Of a stretch of 64,000 bases of DNA, positions 37,776 through 52,268 are shown one piece after another. Every line of letters begins with the position of its first letter. Positions within the stretch are counted from its first letter, which is position 1. The stretch is taken from NCBI GenBank assembly GCA_951406725.2, contig OX597814.1, positions 205,406,001 to 205,470,000 on the forward strand, read 5' to 3'. A program made the position numbers and the translations under genes. Below the pieces are notes generated by a model that worked only from the letters and a program-made list of their open reading frames with translations, did not search any database and had not been told where the DNA came from. Source of the stretch: Octopus vulgaris (taxonomy: Eukaryota).

Positions 37776-38029
37776 GTTTGTCTCTTGATTTGAGATTCAC
37801 ATCAATACATTCTCACCTAAACATGAAATAACATGAAATTCAAGCTGCAAGAATACTCAGCTGTTGAAAATATTTGAATCCAGCAGAAGGATGAGAGATC
37901 TGTCTCAAACAAGAACAACTCTTACCAATAAAAATAACTTCACCTGGGCATTTGGAAACCTAATCTATACAATTACAGCGGACTCCTGCAACCATGAGTC
38001 CGCTGCCCAAACCACTGGGCCATTGCACC

Positions 38030-38071
<42 letters not shown>

Positions 38072-38797
38072 CTTTATTTAAATATAGCATATTACTCTAC
38101 CACTGGTATTTGAGTACTCTTTTTTCCACCTTGTTTCACATTTATGTGTTTACTCCGATATATATATATATATATATATATATAAAGAATATGAGGGTTT
38201 TAGCTCACTTGTAATCTAAATGAATAGGTACGCTGGGTAAGTGCTATAGTTGGTTGACCATTAGCTTCAAAGATCACAGCTAAGGCTGGATCTAGGGATC
38301 CATGTTAGGGTTCTCTTATAGCATGTATATGTTATACTAGAGGAAAAAATATATATCTTGGGTCATTCCATAAATAATGTGATTTTTTTCAATTGCATGA
38401 TCTAAAAGTTGGAGGGGTATGTGATAAACTACCTGTATCAATTTGCTATAAAAGCAGGTAGTAATTTTACTGTGTCCTTGTTCTTAGTGTAAAGTTTGAA
38501 GAGTGCAGTTCGATTTTAACAGTTATTTTTTCAAAGCTATAAATTTGTTGTATGTGTTCAATAAAGGCAACAACAAAATGGAAATAAGGGTGAAGAAAGC
38601 AAAGGTGGTATACTAGAGACATGAGGATGTTCCACTGGAGTCTTTTATACACAGACCTATTGGAGGGTTGAGAGTGACTGATTGTGGGTAGAGTAAACAA
38701 TAGGGTGTTGGAGAGATTTAAAGGGTTCATTCAAGTACATGTGTTTACTATCTCCAGTCAAACCATCTAACCTATACCAGCATGGAAAACAGATGTT

Positions 38798-38856
<59 letters not shown>

Positions 38857-39642
38857 TAGTATGTAGATAGGGTGATAATCCAAGCTATGTTTCCTTTTGA
38901 AGCAGATGTGCTTATTTCAGTACTCCTACTAGCAAATGAAACACATGTAATGGTGGATAAATAATACAAAAAAAATATTACCATCTCCTGCCTTGACACA
39001 CACACACACACACACACACATACACACCTATGCTGGAACATATTGGATGAGTTGTATGATCTTAAAGGCCCAAGGACTGTGTCACATTCCAGTGTCTGTT
39101 TCACCATGGTTACTATGGTTGGATAACGTTCTTAACATCAATTACTTAACAGGGTATGCAGAATGCTTTTCTTGTGGTCCCAGCACCACTGAGATAGTAA
39201 TGCAGCTTGCAAGGTTTTGATCCCCTTCGCCTGAGTGGGGCTGTAGTAGAGAGAAAGAGAGAGAGAGCCACTCTTATCCCAGGAGACGAGATGTTAAAGT
39301 ATGAAAGAAGTGGCCAGAACAGTGCAAGTTTCTTGTTGTTGATGAGTTATGTGGCTACTTTGCATTATATATGAGTGGGTGGGAGTAACTGGAGTGGAAC
39401 TGGTTGTGACATGATAAAATGCATCCTGTAACTGTGATAGTGGTGGATGATAAGAAGGGTATGCAACTATAAATATCACACACACACACACACCAAAAGA
39501 GAGGTAAAAAAAACGGTTTGACATAGGCAACCACACACTGAGATTGGTGGATTTTCCTGATGAATGACACAGGATAACAACAAGTGATGAGATATTGTGA
39601 GACCTGTCTAAGCAATGTCAGCACAGAAAAGAAAATGGACAT

Positions 39643-39932
39643 ATGATGATAACAATGATAATGATGGTGGTGATGGCAGCGGTGGCGGCGGCAGTGTTCG
39701 TGGTGGAAGTGGTGGTGGTGGTGGCAGTGGCGGTGATGATGTTGATACTAATGATGGTGGTAGTGATAATGCTGGCAGTGATAATGTTGGTGGTAATGGT
39801 GGTGGTGATGGTGGTGGTGGTGGTGGTGGTGGTGATGGCAGTAACAACAATGGTAATGAGAATGAGAGTGGTGGTAGTGGTAGTGGTGGTGGTGGTGGTA
39901 GTGATGGTAGCGTCGGTGGTGATGAGGATAAT
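39643..39932. repeat. (GGT)n/(GAT)n compound microsatellite
   Basis: Direct reading. Confidence 0.9.
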
Positions 39933-40041
39933 GACCTTTATATTACACACGTGGCCAACTGAACTAATAGTAGTGATACTGGAAATAACAAATCTGTAAC
40001 TAAGATATAATGTTAAAAGACAGGTTGCCATGACAACTTAC

Positions 40042-40197
40042 AGCATTCTGAGAATTCTGTGAACATATTATGTCTGCAATTCTTCGTTCATACTTCTGTA
40101 TAAGACACTCTGATTCTATTCTATGAGCAGAGTTAAGTTCCTCTAAACTCTTCAAGTGACATTCCATCAGCTGCTCCATTTCTTCCTTCTGCAAGAA
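40042..40197 (-). CDS. Gene A exon
   Basis: Acceptor at 40197 (or in-frame at 40188), AATGCT|gtaagt donor, phase 0-0: (FLQ)KEEMEQLMECHLKSLEELNSAHRIESECLIQKYERRIADIICSQNSQNA. Confidence 0.8.
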
Positions 40198-40291
40198 CTG
40201 AATATATTTGGTTTCATTGCAATTGAGCTGAACATCATATTACTGTTGCCAAAACATGTTTGCAGTGAGTTTTTATCATTGAAAAATATTA

Positions 40292-41118
40292 CAGGGTGTT
40301 TGAGATAAGTTTGACAATTTTTTATGTCCGTTTTTTTCAGGAATGGCTTGATGTATTAGTGAACAGTCAATGGTGTTGGAGAGCATTAAGATTAAAGATG
40401 AAGTTGAGAAAAAGTTAGCTGGCACGGAGGACTGGAAGACATCTGAATATTGCAAAAGACTTATCTGATAATTTGCATTGGGATGTCAAAATTTCAACAC
40501 CGTGACTGTGGCAATGGAGACTATGAAGTCATGGTCAGCAGAAAGGGACACAGCAGGCCTTCCAACTGCATCCGCATATCTTTGAACAGGGCCTGATGCA
40601 TCAATTCAGGTGCCTGTGTGATGCTGTTGGAGACTGTGGTCAATCCCTGGCTGGAGATTGGTCACTGCTGAAGACCATATGTGTGGGAGCAAGATTCAAC
40701 TCCTTGCCATAGCTCCTGGAAGAATTAGAAGTGGTTGTCAGAGAATTTCCGCAGCTTTACCAGCCCCAATCTCTGGCCTCCTAATCCCTTCAATTGTAAT
40801 CCCATGGATTAATATGTGTGGGGCATGGTTGAGAAAGACACCAACTGCTCTTCTGGCAACACCAAGGCCAAGCTAGTGGCCAAGATCAAAGAGATATTTG
40901 AAGATCTTCTCAGGGACATGGAGAAAAATGCATGTGCCTGGTTCTGGAGCCATTTTGGGAAAATAATGGAAGCAGAGGGTGGTTACTTTTGAATAAACTA
41001 TTATCTCCCAGCCATAATCTAGTTGATATTTTTGGATTTTTAAAAATACTTTGATTTGGATGGGATAGTGTTTTCTTTACCTTTTATACAAACTGTCAAA
41101 TTTAACCCAAACAGCCTG
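40292..41118 (+). mobile_element. Internally deleted DD37D-like Tc1/mariner
   Basis: TA TSD, TIRs cagggtgtttgagataagtttgaca / tgtcaaatttaacccaaacagcctg; WPPN..CNPMD.YVWGMVE remnant. Confidence 0.8.
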
Positions 41119-41158
41119 TAGGTCAATAGATCTTGTACATTTCCTATAATGTATGTGC

Positions 41159-41217
<59 letters not shown>

Positions 41218-41295
41218 AAATTCAAATAAGTTATCATTATCTATGAAAATAATGATTAAGTGGCCAGCAAACATAATCCAAACACGCAAAATATA

Positions 41296-41568
41296 AATAA
41301 AAAGTCAGGGTACCTGTTTGCTTGAAAGAGGAGTTAAAACCCTCCAAAACCATGCATCTCTCACTATATGTAAACACACATGGTGATTCAGTTGATACTA
41401 GGATGTCCAAACTCCTATTTGTATTTTACAAGTGGGACGACTGTTTTGGAGAAATATGTTTGCTATATTCTCCATGCGTGTTTATATGTAGTGAAAGATG
41501 TGTGGTTTTGGAGGGTTTTAACTTCTCTTTCAAGCAAATGGGTGTATCTTGTACCCTGACTTTTTATT
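41296..41568. repeat. Fold-back (about 90-bp arms), probably Penelope-derived
   Basis: aataaaaagtcagggtac...cacatgg versus ccatgcgtg...gtaccctgactttttatt. Confidence 0.8.
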
Positions 41569-42267
41569 ATATATACATATATATATATGTATGTGTGTGT
41601 GCGTGTGTGTTCACAGTTAAGTAAACAACATTGAAGATATCAAATGTTAGTAGGATACCATAGACATGCAATGTAAATTTTAAGCACCATTTGTGTTTTC
41701 TTTTTATACCTACATCATACAAAGGACCGACCCCAGAATCAGATCAACAGTTTAAATTGGATATGCTATTTGCATATCTATAGTAATCTACCAACACTTG
41801 ATGCCTTCATCGTTGTTTTGCTCGTTATTTTGAAATTAAAAAGGGAAAATACGCACACTTACATAGTTTTACATAATTTTTAATATATCGACAGGTTTCG
41901 CTATCGCTATTCATAATATTATGTTTTACTTATTTGAATATGCATTTTTTCTTAAGAGGAAATTTTGTCCATGTTGTTTGTGATGAAATTCACGAGTGAA
42001 TGACTTCACAAGTAGATAAATAAAAGGGAGGTAATTGGTTATTGCTATTATTGTTATTGTTGTGGGTTTGGGAGATAACTGTTCAGTATGTATGTATGTA
42101 TGTATGTATGTATGTATGTATGTATGTATATGTATGTGTGTGTGTGTATTATGTATGTATGCACACACATATATATTTCTTTTTCTTGTTTCAGTCATTT
42201 GACTGTGGCCATGCTGGAGCACTGCCACACACCCACTTCTGTGCCTATAATAATAATAATAATAATA

Positions 42268-42299
<32 letters not shown>

Positions 42300-42542
42300 C
42301 ACATACACATAACTGTTTCTCAAAATTTCCATCAACCAACTCCAGTCATAATGCTTTGGTTAGCACAGAACTATAGTGGAAGAGACTTTCCCACCATGCC
42401 ATACAGTAAAACTGAACAGGAAACTATGTCATTGGGAACCAACCTTCTAATCCACACATAACTTATTGATTATTAGAAAACAAAAAAACAATTCTAAATT
42501 TGTCTTCAAGAGATTCTACCTAGAAAATATAAAGAAATGTAC

Positions 42543-42648
42543 CAATTGATTTTGCAATGTTTCCATTCCATTTCCTTGGAGTCTTGACATGTTTTCTCTG
42601 CCTTTTTCCTCAAGGGAAAGTTCTTTCCTCAACTTTTCATTTTCTTCT
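42543..42648 (-). CDS. Gene A exon
   Basis: atattttaacag| acceptor, 106 nt, phase 2-0: (R)EENEKLRKELSLEEKGRENMSRLQGNGMETLQNQL; donor gtacat is weak but phase-consistent. Confidence 0.75.
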
Positions 42649-44189
42649 CTGTTAAAATATATTTACAATAAACACCACTGGTTTGTAGTTCAAAGCACAG
42701 TTTGTATGGATATATATATATATATAACAATATTAGGGAGTATGGCTCCAAACTTACAGGGAAAAATTCAATTTAGTATTAAATCAAATTTCACAGTATA
42801 AATATATAAAATATGAATTAGAGATAAAACCACTATTAAGCAATTCAAACAGTGATAGACATAAACCAATACATAAATAACAAATAATATAAATATAATG
42901 AATATAATATGTAATATATATATATATATATCATCATCGTCATCGTTTAACGTCCATTCTTCATGCTAGCATGGGTTGGACGGTTCGACCGGGGATCTGG
43001 GAAGCCAGAAGGCTGCACCAGGCTCCAGTCTGATCTGGCAGTGTTTCTACAGTGGGATGCCCTTCATATAAATATAATTTTTTTTTTCTGCCACCATGTT
43101 TCTTATTGTTATTACATTCACTTTTCCATGCTCACATAAGTCAGATAGAGTTTATTGATGAAGATTGTCTATTACTGAATGTCTTTTCTCATTCCAACCC
43201 ATATCTAATTCCAAAGAAGGTAATATTTCTCCATGGCCAAACATGTTTTTCACAGAATATTGGAAATGAACGACACTGCTTCTATGACAGTGACACTTGT
43301 TTACAACTGTCACATGATGTTTGAGATAAGAAGATACAAACTCACACACACATACACACACAGAGGCCTGCTTCATCTTTTTATCCTGCGTCTGCATACT
43401 ATCCACCCATGTCATCCCTTTCTCTTGTCCTCCCCCATGAGAGCTGTACCATCTTTATTACTCCTCTTCCACTCTCTTCTCCACACCTCTATCTCCCCCA
43501 CTCATAACTCCTTGCTCATCCACCTTTCTACTCTACCCATGCACCTCAGTAGTGTAGGTGGCATGGAAAAAGCACCCAAGTAGCTGGCATTAAGAAGGGC
43601 ATTCAGTTATAGAAATCATATCAAAACAGACATTGGAACATGATCCAGCCCTTGAACCCATGGAATCCTATCAAACTGTCCAACTCAAGCTAGCATGGTG
43701 CATGGACATTAAATGGTGATGATAAAATGATGGACTTCTTTCAGTTTCCAACTACCGAATCCATTCAGAACGCTTTGGCTGGCTTGGGTCCATAGTAGGA
43801 AACTCTTGCCCAAGATGCCATGCAGTGGGACTGAACCAAAACATATGGTTAGGAAGCACACAACCACGCCTATATGTGAAATATGCCAAAAATTGTATGA
43901 ATAAAAATGTGACAATGGAGGAAATCTGATTGGAGAGATAAGACTAACATAACATTAACTCCCACCCTTTCTAGCTAGAAACACCTCAATAGAATCAGAC
44001 AACACTATTCTACATTCCACTGCAATTCCATACAAATATAATTATTATTGAATATTTATTTTAATTTGGTATATTTTGTGGCTTGGCTCTTCCTTTCTCA
44101 TCACTCTTTTTCCTGTGTCACCCCATCATCTGTCATTGTTCTATTGCCTTGGTTATGATACCTTGAATGTGTGTATCAGTCACAAAATC

Positions 44190-44590
44190 CTAACACTATC
44201 ACTCATCCCCTATCACACATTCCTCTTATCACTTAAATCTATCACTCTCCATACCACTCACCCTCTACTATCACTCGCTCTCTCCTATCACTCACCTTTC
44301 ATCACTTACCCCTTATCACTCTCATTCTCTCTGTCATTCATTTCCTTATCACTCATTCCACTATCACACATTCCTCTTATCACTCATCACCCTATTGCTT
44401 CTTCCCTGACACTCACCCCATCGCCTATCTCTATCAATCATCCCCATTACTTATTTTGATCACTCACCACTATCACTTACCTCTATCAGTCATACCCTTT
44501 CACACCTCTCTTGTAGCTCATCTCTCTCTTACCTCATCACCATCATTCATATGCATCTCTGTCATTCGTACCTCAATCACTCATACCTTC
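44190..44590. repeat. Degenerate ctatcactc-type pyrimidine-rich tandem repeat
   Basis: tatcactc recurs at irregular short intervals. Confidence 0.7.
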
Positions 44591-44654
44591 CACTCTGTAA
44601 AGAAATTGGCAAGTGAGCAGAGACATTAGATCAAGAGGTCCTATTACTCCTGTC

Positions 44655-44742
44655 ATGGACAAGATATCTTGTCCACAGACAAATAAACAAACAAACACAA
44701 CTGAAAACAATACCTCCACTTTCGCTAAGGCAGAAGTAATAA
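44655..44742 (-). mobile_element. Possible Helentron/DINE-like terminal fragment
   Basis: ttattacttctgccttagcgaaagtggaggtattgttttc followed by (GTTT)n on minus. Confidence 0.4.
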
Positions 44743-45345
44743 TATAAATTATAGAACATTATAACAAATTATGAAACAGCTGTCAAGGCCATTGTCAGTA
44801 TTATTTAATGTTTGTACTGCTTTACAGCAAATACTGGGCAGTCTTTTTGGTGCTACCAACACTACCAACAACGCTTGCAGGACTGCTATGCGGCTTGCAG
44901 GACTACAAATCCTGAGTTGGTATCTTTATGCTTGGAGATGAGGAGTAAAGAAGAGTAAAATATGAGACAAAAGTGCCAGAGCAAAACTGGGGTTTTTTGT
45001 TGTAGAAGAGCTACATGACTATGTACATTTTAGAAGGGAGAGTGGGAATGATCAGGTGGTCTTGGGAAACAATAAAAATAATGGTGGTGAGGTTTCAGTG
45101 TGGACCTTCAATACAGGTGGATAAGAATGAGTGGGGCATAGATGCAAGGAGTGAATGACAAAGTAGGAGATAGTATAGAGTAGAAGACTAGTAATGATTA
45201 ATAAGTTATTAAACATCTTAATTAATTATAAAACATAATAAATTATAAATCATTATGATATAAATTATAAACCATTACAATAAATGATATAAATCATTGT
45301 AATAAATTGTAAATCATGATGAATTATAGATCATTATAAACATAC

Positions 45346-45695
45346 CTGAGATCAGTAGCTTTCCTCTCTTCTTGTTTCAATTTGGATTTCAGTTCCTCTA
45401 GCTGTTGGCTAAAAGTCTTAGATTGTGATTCCATTACTAAAACCTTCTGTTTGCTGCAAGATATTGTCTCTTTCTGTTGGTCAATGATATCTGAAAGTTC
45501 CTTAACTTTTTCATCCCTTTTTTCTAAAGTAAAGGCCATATGTTTGCATTTTAGCCTCAGTTGTGATAGTTCTTCCTCTGCTTCTTCTGGAATGGTATGG
45601 AATCTGCTAGCATGTTCTTTCTCCCTCATTTTGTCTAAAAGTAGTGCTGCTTCTGCTCTCAGCTTTATATTTTCATCTGTTATTTGTTCAAGTTT
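45346..45695 (-). CDS. Gene A exon, coiled-coil
   Basis: ttttttgtttctag|AAA acceptor, CTCAG|gtatgt donor, 350 nt, phase 0-2: KLEQITDENIKLRAEAALLLDKMREKEH...KLKQEERKATDL; E/K/Q/L heptad character. Confidence 0.85.
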
Positions 45696-46674
45696 CTAGA
45701 AACAAAAAAATCTACATATATATTCCATCTTTTTATTGAAACACAGCTATCACATACAAGCAAGTATGTCCTGAGCAGGCTTAGACACCCTTTCATGTCC
45801 CACATCCAATGGCAGCACATCCTTAACTCTGTGGCACATCCCTCACTCTGTGGAATATCTCTCACCCTGTGGAACATCCAGAATGTGACAGAGAGAGAGC
45901 ATGTGGCTGGTTCTGTTTTAGTTGGAGTATCATAAAATGATTTGCCTTCCTCAAGGACACAAAACCAATCCAGGAATTGAACTTACAGCCTTGGACTCAA
46001 TACCCTAGCCTTTAGGCTATGTTTCTTTATTTATTGAAATAAACTGTATGAAATACACTAGCCATTCAAATGGGAATTATGACAGAAGAAAGCAGTGATA
46101 TTTGTGTTGCTATAAGGCTTAACACACCATGTGTCTTTAGGTTGGATAATATGACTACATATTTTGGTTAAACTAATATCAGTCATTGAAGTAAATCAAG
46201 GGTGTTAAACGTACAACTTATAGCAATGTTTAGTCAAGCTCCTACCTCCACCCTGGCTCACTTTTATCAATAAAAAAATTATTATTTCTTAATTTTAAAA
46301 GTTCAGTAAAATATGTATCGCAAATTTGTGTTCAAATGTGGAGTTGTGGTTAACACTGTTTCCAATTAATCAGATCAGTACATCACAGTAGTAGGAACGA
46401 TATTGAAAGGTTTTGCAGCTGATACAGGGGTAAACTTTCTCTCAAGTATTGACCTTTTCAATAGATGCATGCATTCACTGGATAATTTCCTACTCTTTTC
46501 TAACTCTAAGGACTCTTTACTTAATCTGACTTAAGTTAAGTTAAGTTAATTTTTTGGCTCAAAAAGCAAAAAGCAAGGCCATGTAGGGGGACATGGAGTT
46601 ATGTACAGGGTGGTATGAGTGTGTGTATGTGTGTGTTACACACACATAGAATTACTACTGATGAATTAACAGAA

Positions 46675-46711
<37 letters not shown>

Positions 46712-49700
46712 CACAATACTTAATAGTGACAAAAGCTGTATAAGAAAATAAATAATGTAGTATTCTGTGTTCTAACACAAACTCCACATTAGGTTGTGAA
46801 TAAAAATTACCTTTTCATATATATATCATCATTTAACGTGCTAGCATGAGTTGGATGATTTGACTGAGGTCTGACGAACCAGATGGCTGCACCAGACTCC
46901 AATCTGATCTGGCAGAGTTTCTACAGCTGGATGCCCTTCCTAACGCCAACCACTCCGAGAGTGTAGTGGGTGCTTGGTGTAGTGGGTATATATATATATA
47001 CATAATGGGCTTCTTTCAGTTTCCATCTACCAAATCCATTCATAAGGCTTTGGTCAGCTCAAGATTATAGAACTGAACCCAGAACCAAGTGGTTGGGAAG
47101 GAAGCTTCTTACCACTCAGTCACTCCATATATATGTTTATCATCTTCATCATCATTGTTTTAATGCCCACTTTTCCATGGTTGCATGGACTAGTTAGAAT
47201 TTGCTGAGGCAGATTTTCTGTGTTTCTATAGCCAGATGCCCTTCTTCTTGCCAACTCTTAACTGTGTTAGGTATTATTTCTCCATAGCCAGATATGTTTC
47301 CACAGAAAATTGGAAATGAATGATACCACTTGGTGATATATACCATCATTTAATATGTTAACAAGTATCACATGATGTCAGGGTAAGGAGACAGTAACAC
47401 TTACATGCATATTGTTGTAGTGAAATGGTACACTCCTTCTCATGTGGTAAAGTTGTATGAGAGTTGTACGAGTTGTCAGTTGGAGTCAGTGTCAGTTACA
47501 TGTTATATACAAGTTTGAGTTTCCATCAAGGTAGACGTTTCAAGTCTTTGTCTTGCGGAGCTATCAGCAATAGCACGATAGATGAGTTAAAGATAACAAG
47601 TCGCGGAATACTGCCACAACATAATAGTGGTGACCAGAATATTACAGTTCCGACAATAACATACAAGTGGATGAGGATCCACATTATAACACACATATAT
47701 ATACATATACACACATACATATGGCTGTCTGCATTTAATGACTTTGAAGTTGATATAGAACCTCATCCGATGACAGGCACCCATGCCAACCCCCTTTGCT
47801 TGCGAAGACATGTTGGGGCAAGTGAAATCGAAATCGAATTGAACCAGCCAGGACCCCTGGACTGGTGGTATGTAAAAAGCACTATCCGACTCGTGGCCGA
47901 TGCCAGCCCGCCTCGACTGGCTTCCGTGCCGGTGGCACGTAAAATGCACCAATCCGACCGTGGCTGTTGCCAGCCTCGCCTGGCACCTGAGCAGGTGGCA
48001 CATAAAAAGCACCCACTACACTCATGGAGTGGTTGGCATTAGGAAGGGCATCCAGCTGTAGAAACATTGCCAGATAAGACTGGAGCCTGGGGCAGCCTTC
48101 TGGCTTCCCAGATCCCCGGTCGAACCGTCCAACCCATGCTAGCATGGAGAACGGACGTTAAACGATGATTATGATGATGATGATGATTGGAGGGAGTTTA
48201 TGATGCTTTTAATAATACTACCATGGGAACTAGAGATGAAATCAAAAGTGTGAGCCTGAAGCAGCCATTTTCACAGGTGTCATTTGTAAAGGTTTTTTAA
48301 TGAGAGTGTAGGGATAAACATTTCCTTCAAACTTTCATTTCATATTTCAAAAAATATTGAGACAGTGAACATTCAGAAGTAAATCTGACTCATAAAAACT
48401 CTGATGATTGGAAATGGGCAACTCAGAGTATAAGAAATTGGAGTCAACTCAACATTTGTAGTGAGTCGTGTAATGTATTATTACTGGTGAATCGTCAGAT
48501 ATATATGTATAAACATATATACTTACACATATGTCTGTTAATGCATGTATGTATGTATATATATATTATATAGTGAAAAAATTTGGTGGATTTTTTTTCC
48601 TTTTATGAGGTTTTTCATGCTAACTACTTGATAAATTCTAATAAAGATTTTATCCTATTTTTAATATATACATATATATAAATCAATATAAACAGTTAAG
48701 CACAACATAATACCATAAAGGAAAAATTTTATCATCACTAATTGTGACTAGTTTCACCTATCAGTCATATTTTTAGCATAGAAATTTATGGCTGATTTAG
48801 TAAAATGCTAATGTGTATATTAAGAATCAATATAAGAAACTAGGTGCAGTGATCATAGAGACACTCATGGGGTGGTTATCTCCTCTATCAGTGTGTATAT
48901 ATTGTGTGCTTCTTACAACATTGAGTTTTTAACTCGTATTTCTTGCAAATATAGGTGGCTCAGCACTCACAGTTACAATTAGGAATGATAAAATCTTCCC
49001 TGAGATATATATATATATATATATATATTTGTCTTGCAAGGTACTTTGTGACCATGTCAGTGGAGCTGCCACTTAAAAAGCATCTAGTCTACACTGTAAA
49101 GTGGTTGGCATTTAGAAGGACATCCAGCTGTAAAAACCTTGCCAAAACTAACCTTGCCAGTGCTTGTGCCACGTGAAAAGCACTGAGTCCACTCTGCTGA
49201 ATGGTTGGCGTTAAGAAGGGCATCCAGCTGTAAAAATCCTGCCAACACAATCACAGAAGTCTGGTGCAGGCTTCTGCCTGGCTGGCTCCTGTCAAATTGT
49301 CTCTCCCATGCCAGCATGGAAGGTGGACGTTAAAAGATGATGATGATGATGATGATATATATACTCACACACTCACATACAACAGGCTACTTTTTTCTAC
49401 TTCTGTCTACTGAGTCCACTACTAAGGCTTTGGTTGGCTTAGACGATTTTCTATACTGAACCCAAGACCATGTGGCTCAGAAGCAACCATCGTACCACTC
49501 AGCCATGCCTGTGGTTTACCATGTGGATGAGGTTTTTGCTCTTCACATCTCTGCACAGAAACTTCATTAACACCTCATATTCTTTCCTTTCTTTGTAATA
49601 AATTACTTGTTATAACGGATACTGCCCCATTTATCTATTTCCTTTGACCTACATAATTAATAAAGGTTTTAGCAATAATTGTCCCGAACCAGCCTGTGAG

Positions 49701-50316
49701 ATCTCGTTTATGTTTATGCTTCAATTAAGCCCACAAACCAAACAAGTTTAATACCTCTGAGCTAATGTTTACTTCTTCTCACCGCAAACGTTATTTATTA
49801 ATTAAATCTATTCCTTCATTTGTTAAGTATAATGCCACTAACTTGTTTATATATTCAGTAGTCCATCACCTGAACTCTGCAGCCATTGTGTCTCTCCAAA
49901 GATATGTAAGAAAAATAATAATTCCAGCTGTCTGATGAATATTTTATCTGATTTGTTTTATGGACAATGGTAGTTTCTAGATTACATGTGATTTTCCTTT
50001 GTAATTGGGAGTAATTTTATCACCGTCGTCGTCAATATTGTCGTTATCGCTGTTGCCGTCATTTTCATTGTCGTCCTCAGTATCATTATCATCATTGTTA
50101 TTCTTCTCCTCCCCCTTCTACTCTTAATCATCATCGTCGTCATCATTGTGATCAACATCATTGCCATCATGATCATAATTTTGATTATCATCATCATCAT
50201 TATCACACCACACCACACCACACCACCACCACCACCACACCACCACCACCATCATCATCACCATTGTCATCTTCATTTTCATCGTTATTGTGATCAACAT
50301 TATTGTCATCATGATT

Positions 50317-50966
50317 ATGGTGAAACTCTCTGCAATGGGTGTGGGGGATGACCTTTTTAACTGGTTGAAATCCTTCATCCTCAGCCGAAAGGAGGTAGTT
50401 ACAGTTCTAGGACAGCACTCTACACCATATGAGATGTCATCGGGTGTACCACAGGGATCTGTCCTTGGTCCCCTCTTGTTTGTGGCATACATTAACGACA
50501 TAGATGCCAATTTAAAGAATGCCACAGTATTGAAATATGCAGACGACATCAAGCTGTACCTTGAAATCAAGAGGACAGATCCTGATGTCTACAACTCTTT
50601 CCTGCAATCAGACCTAGACACAATGCAGCAATGGATCACAGACTGGCAACTGAAACTGGCTGTGGACAAGTGTACCACCATGCATTTTGGGAGAAAAACC
50701 CTGCGTTCACATACTCCCTCCACAACACTGATATCAAGAAATCCTCTTGCGAGCGTGACCTAGGCATCACTGTCAGCAGTGATTTGCGTTGGTCAAAGCA
50801 TATCTCTAAGATTGTCAGGAAGGCCGAGGGTGTCTTGGCATCACTCAGCAGGTCTTTTGTTAGCCGCTCTCCAGCCATCTATTTAAAACTGTATACAGCT
50901 ATGGTACGACCACACTTGGAATTCGCATCATCAGTTTGGAACCCCTATCTTGCACAGAACATTGAC
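50317..50966 (+). mobile_element. CR1-clade LINE reverse transcriptase fragment (one frameshift near 50700)
   Basis: SGVPQGSVLGPLLF, YADD, ERDLGI, VRPHLEFASSVWNP motifs. Confidence 0.92.
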
Positions 50967-50982
50967 CACCACCACCACCACC

Positions 50983-51016
<34 letters not shown>

Positions 51017-51295
51017 TCATCATCAGTGATTGTAGCTTTATTTTGTTGTTGTTGTTGCCATTTAAACAGTAACTACACAAAGAGCGCAGTGAGATATTTA
51101 AAAGACCTTAGATATTCTATGAAATGTAGGAGAGAAGTTAATGATTTTTCTTGATGATTCCAGATTATTTAATTGTAGGTGTAAGACATAAAGAAGCGCT
51201 ATCAGACTCTCGTAACTTGCACCCATTCCTCTTTACTTTATTCCCCCATCATAACTCCTTTACTTCTAACTCCTTTACTTCTAACCCTACACACA

Positions 51296-52268
51296 CTCTC
51301 CTCTCTCTCTCTCTCTCTTTCTTTTACCCTCTCTTTCTTTTACTCTCTCTCGCTCTCTCTTTTACTCTCTCTTTCTTTTACTCTCTCTCTTTCTTTTACC
51401 CTCTCTCTCTTTTACTCTCTCTCGCTCTCTCTTTTACTCTCTCTCGCTCTCTCTTTTACTCTCTCTTTTACTCTCTCTTTCTTTTACCCTCTCTCTTTCT
51501 TTTACCCTCTCTCTCTTTTACTCTCTCTCGCTTTCTCTTTTACTCTCTCTCGCTCTCTCTTTTACTCTCTCTCTCTCTCTTTCTTTTACCCTCTCTCTCT
51601 TTCACTCTCTCGCTCTCTCTTTTACTCTCTCTCTCTTTCTTTTACCCTCTCTCTCTTTTACTCTCTCTCGCTCTCTCTTTTACTCTCTCTCGCTCTCTCT
51701 TTTACTCTCTCTCTCTCTCTCTTTCTTTTACCCTCTCTCTCTTTTACTCTCTCTCTCTCTCTCTTTTACTCTCTCTCGCTCTCTCTTTTACTCTCTCTAT
51801 CTCTCTCTCTTTCTTTTACCCTCTCTCTCTTTTACTCTCTCTCGCTCTCTCTTTTACTCTCTCTATCTCTCTCTCTTTCTTTTACCCTCTCTCTCTTTTA
51901 CTCTCTCTCGCTCTCTCTTTTACTCTCTCTCACTCTCTCTTTTACTCTCTCTCGCTCTCTCTTTTACTCTCTCTATCTCTCTCTCTTTCTTTTACCCTCT
52001 CTCTCTTTTACTCTCTCTGGCTCTCTCTCTGGCTCTCTCTTTTACTCTCTCTGGCTCTCTCTTTTACTCTCTCTGGCTCTCTCTCTCGCTCTCTCTTTTA
52101 CTCTCTCTCGCTCTCTCTTTTACTCTCTCTCGCTCTCTCTTTTACTCTCTCTGACTCTCTCTCTCTCGCTCTCTCTTTTACTCTCTCTGGCTCTCGCTCT
52201 CTCTTTTACTCTCTCTGGCTCTCGCTCTCTCTTTTACTCTCTCTCGCTCTCTCTTTTACTTTCTCTCT
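51296..52268. repeat. About 970-bp (CT)n/CTTTTA polypyrimidine minisatellite
   Basis: Direct reading. Confidence 0.97.

Noticed and set aside
45817-45881. 19-bp tandem repeat x3-4 upstream of an acceptor
   Set aside because: Small degenerate minisatellite with no evidence of function
46450-46525. Extra gene A exon (LSKESLELEKSRKLSSECMHLLK)
   Set aside because: No polypyrimidine tract, weak donor, and phase 2 boundaries do not fit neighbours
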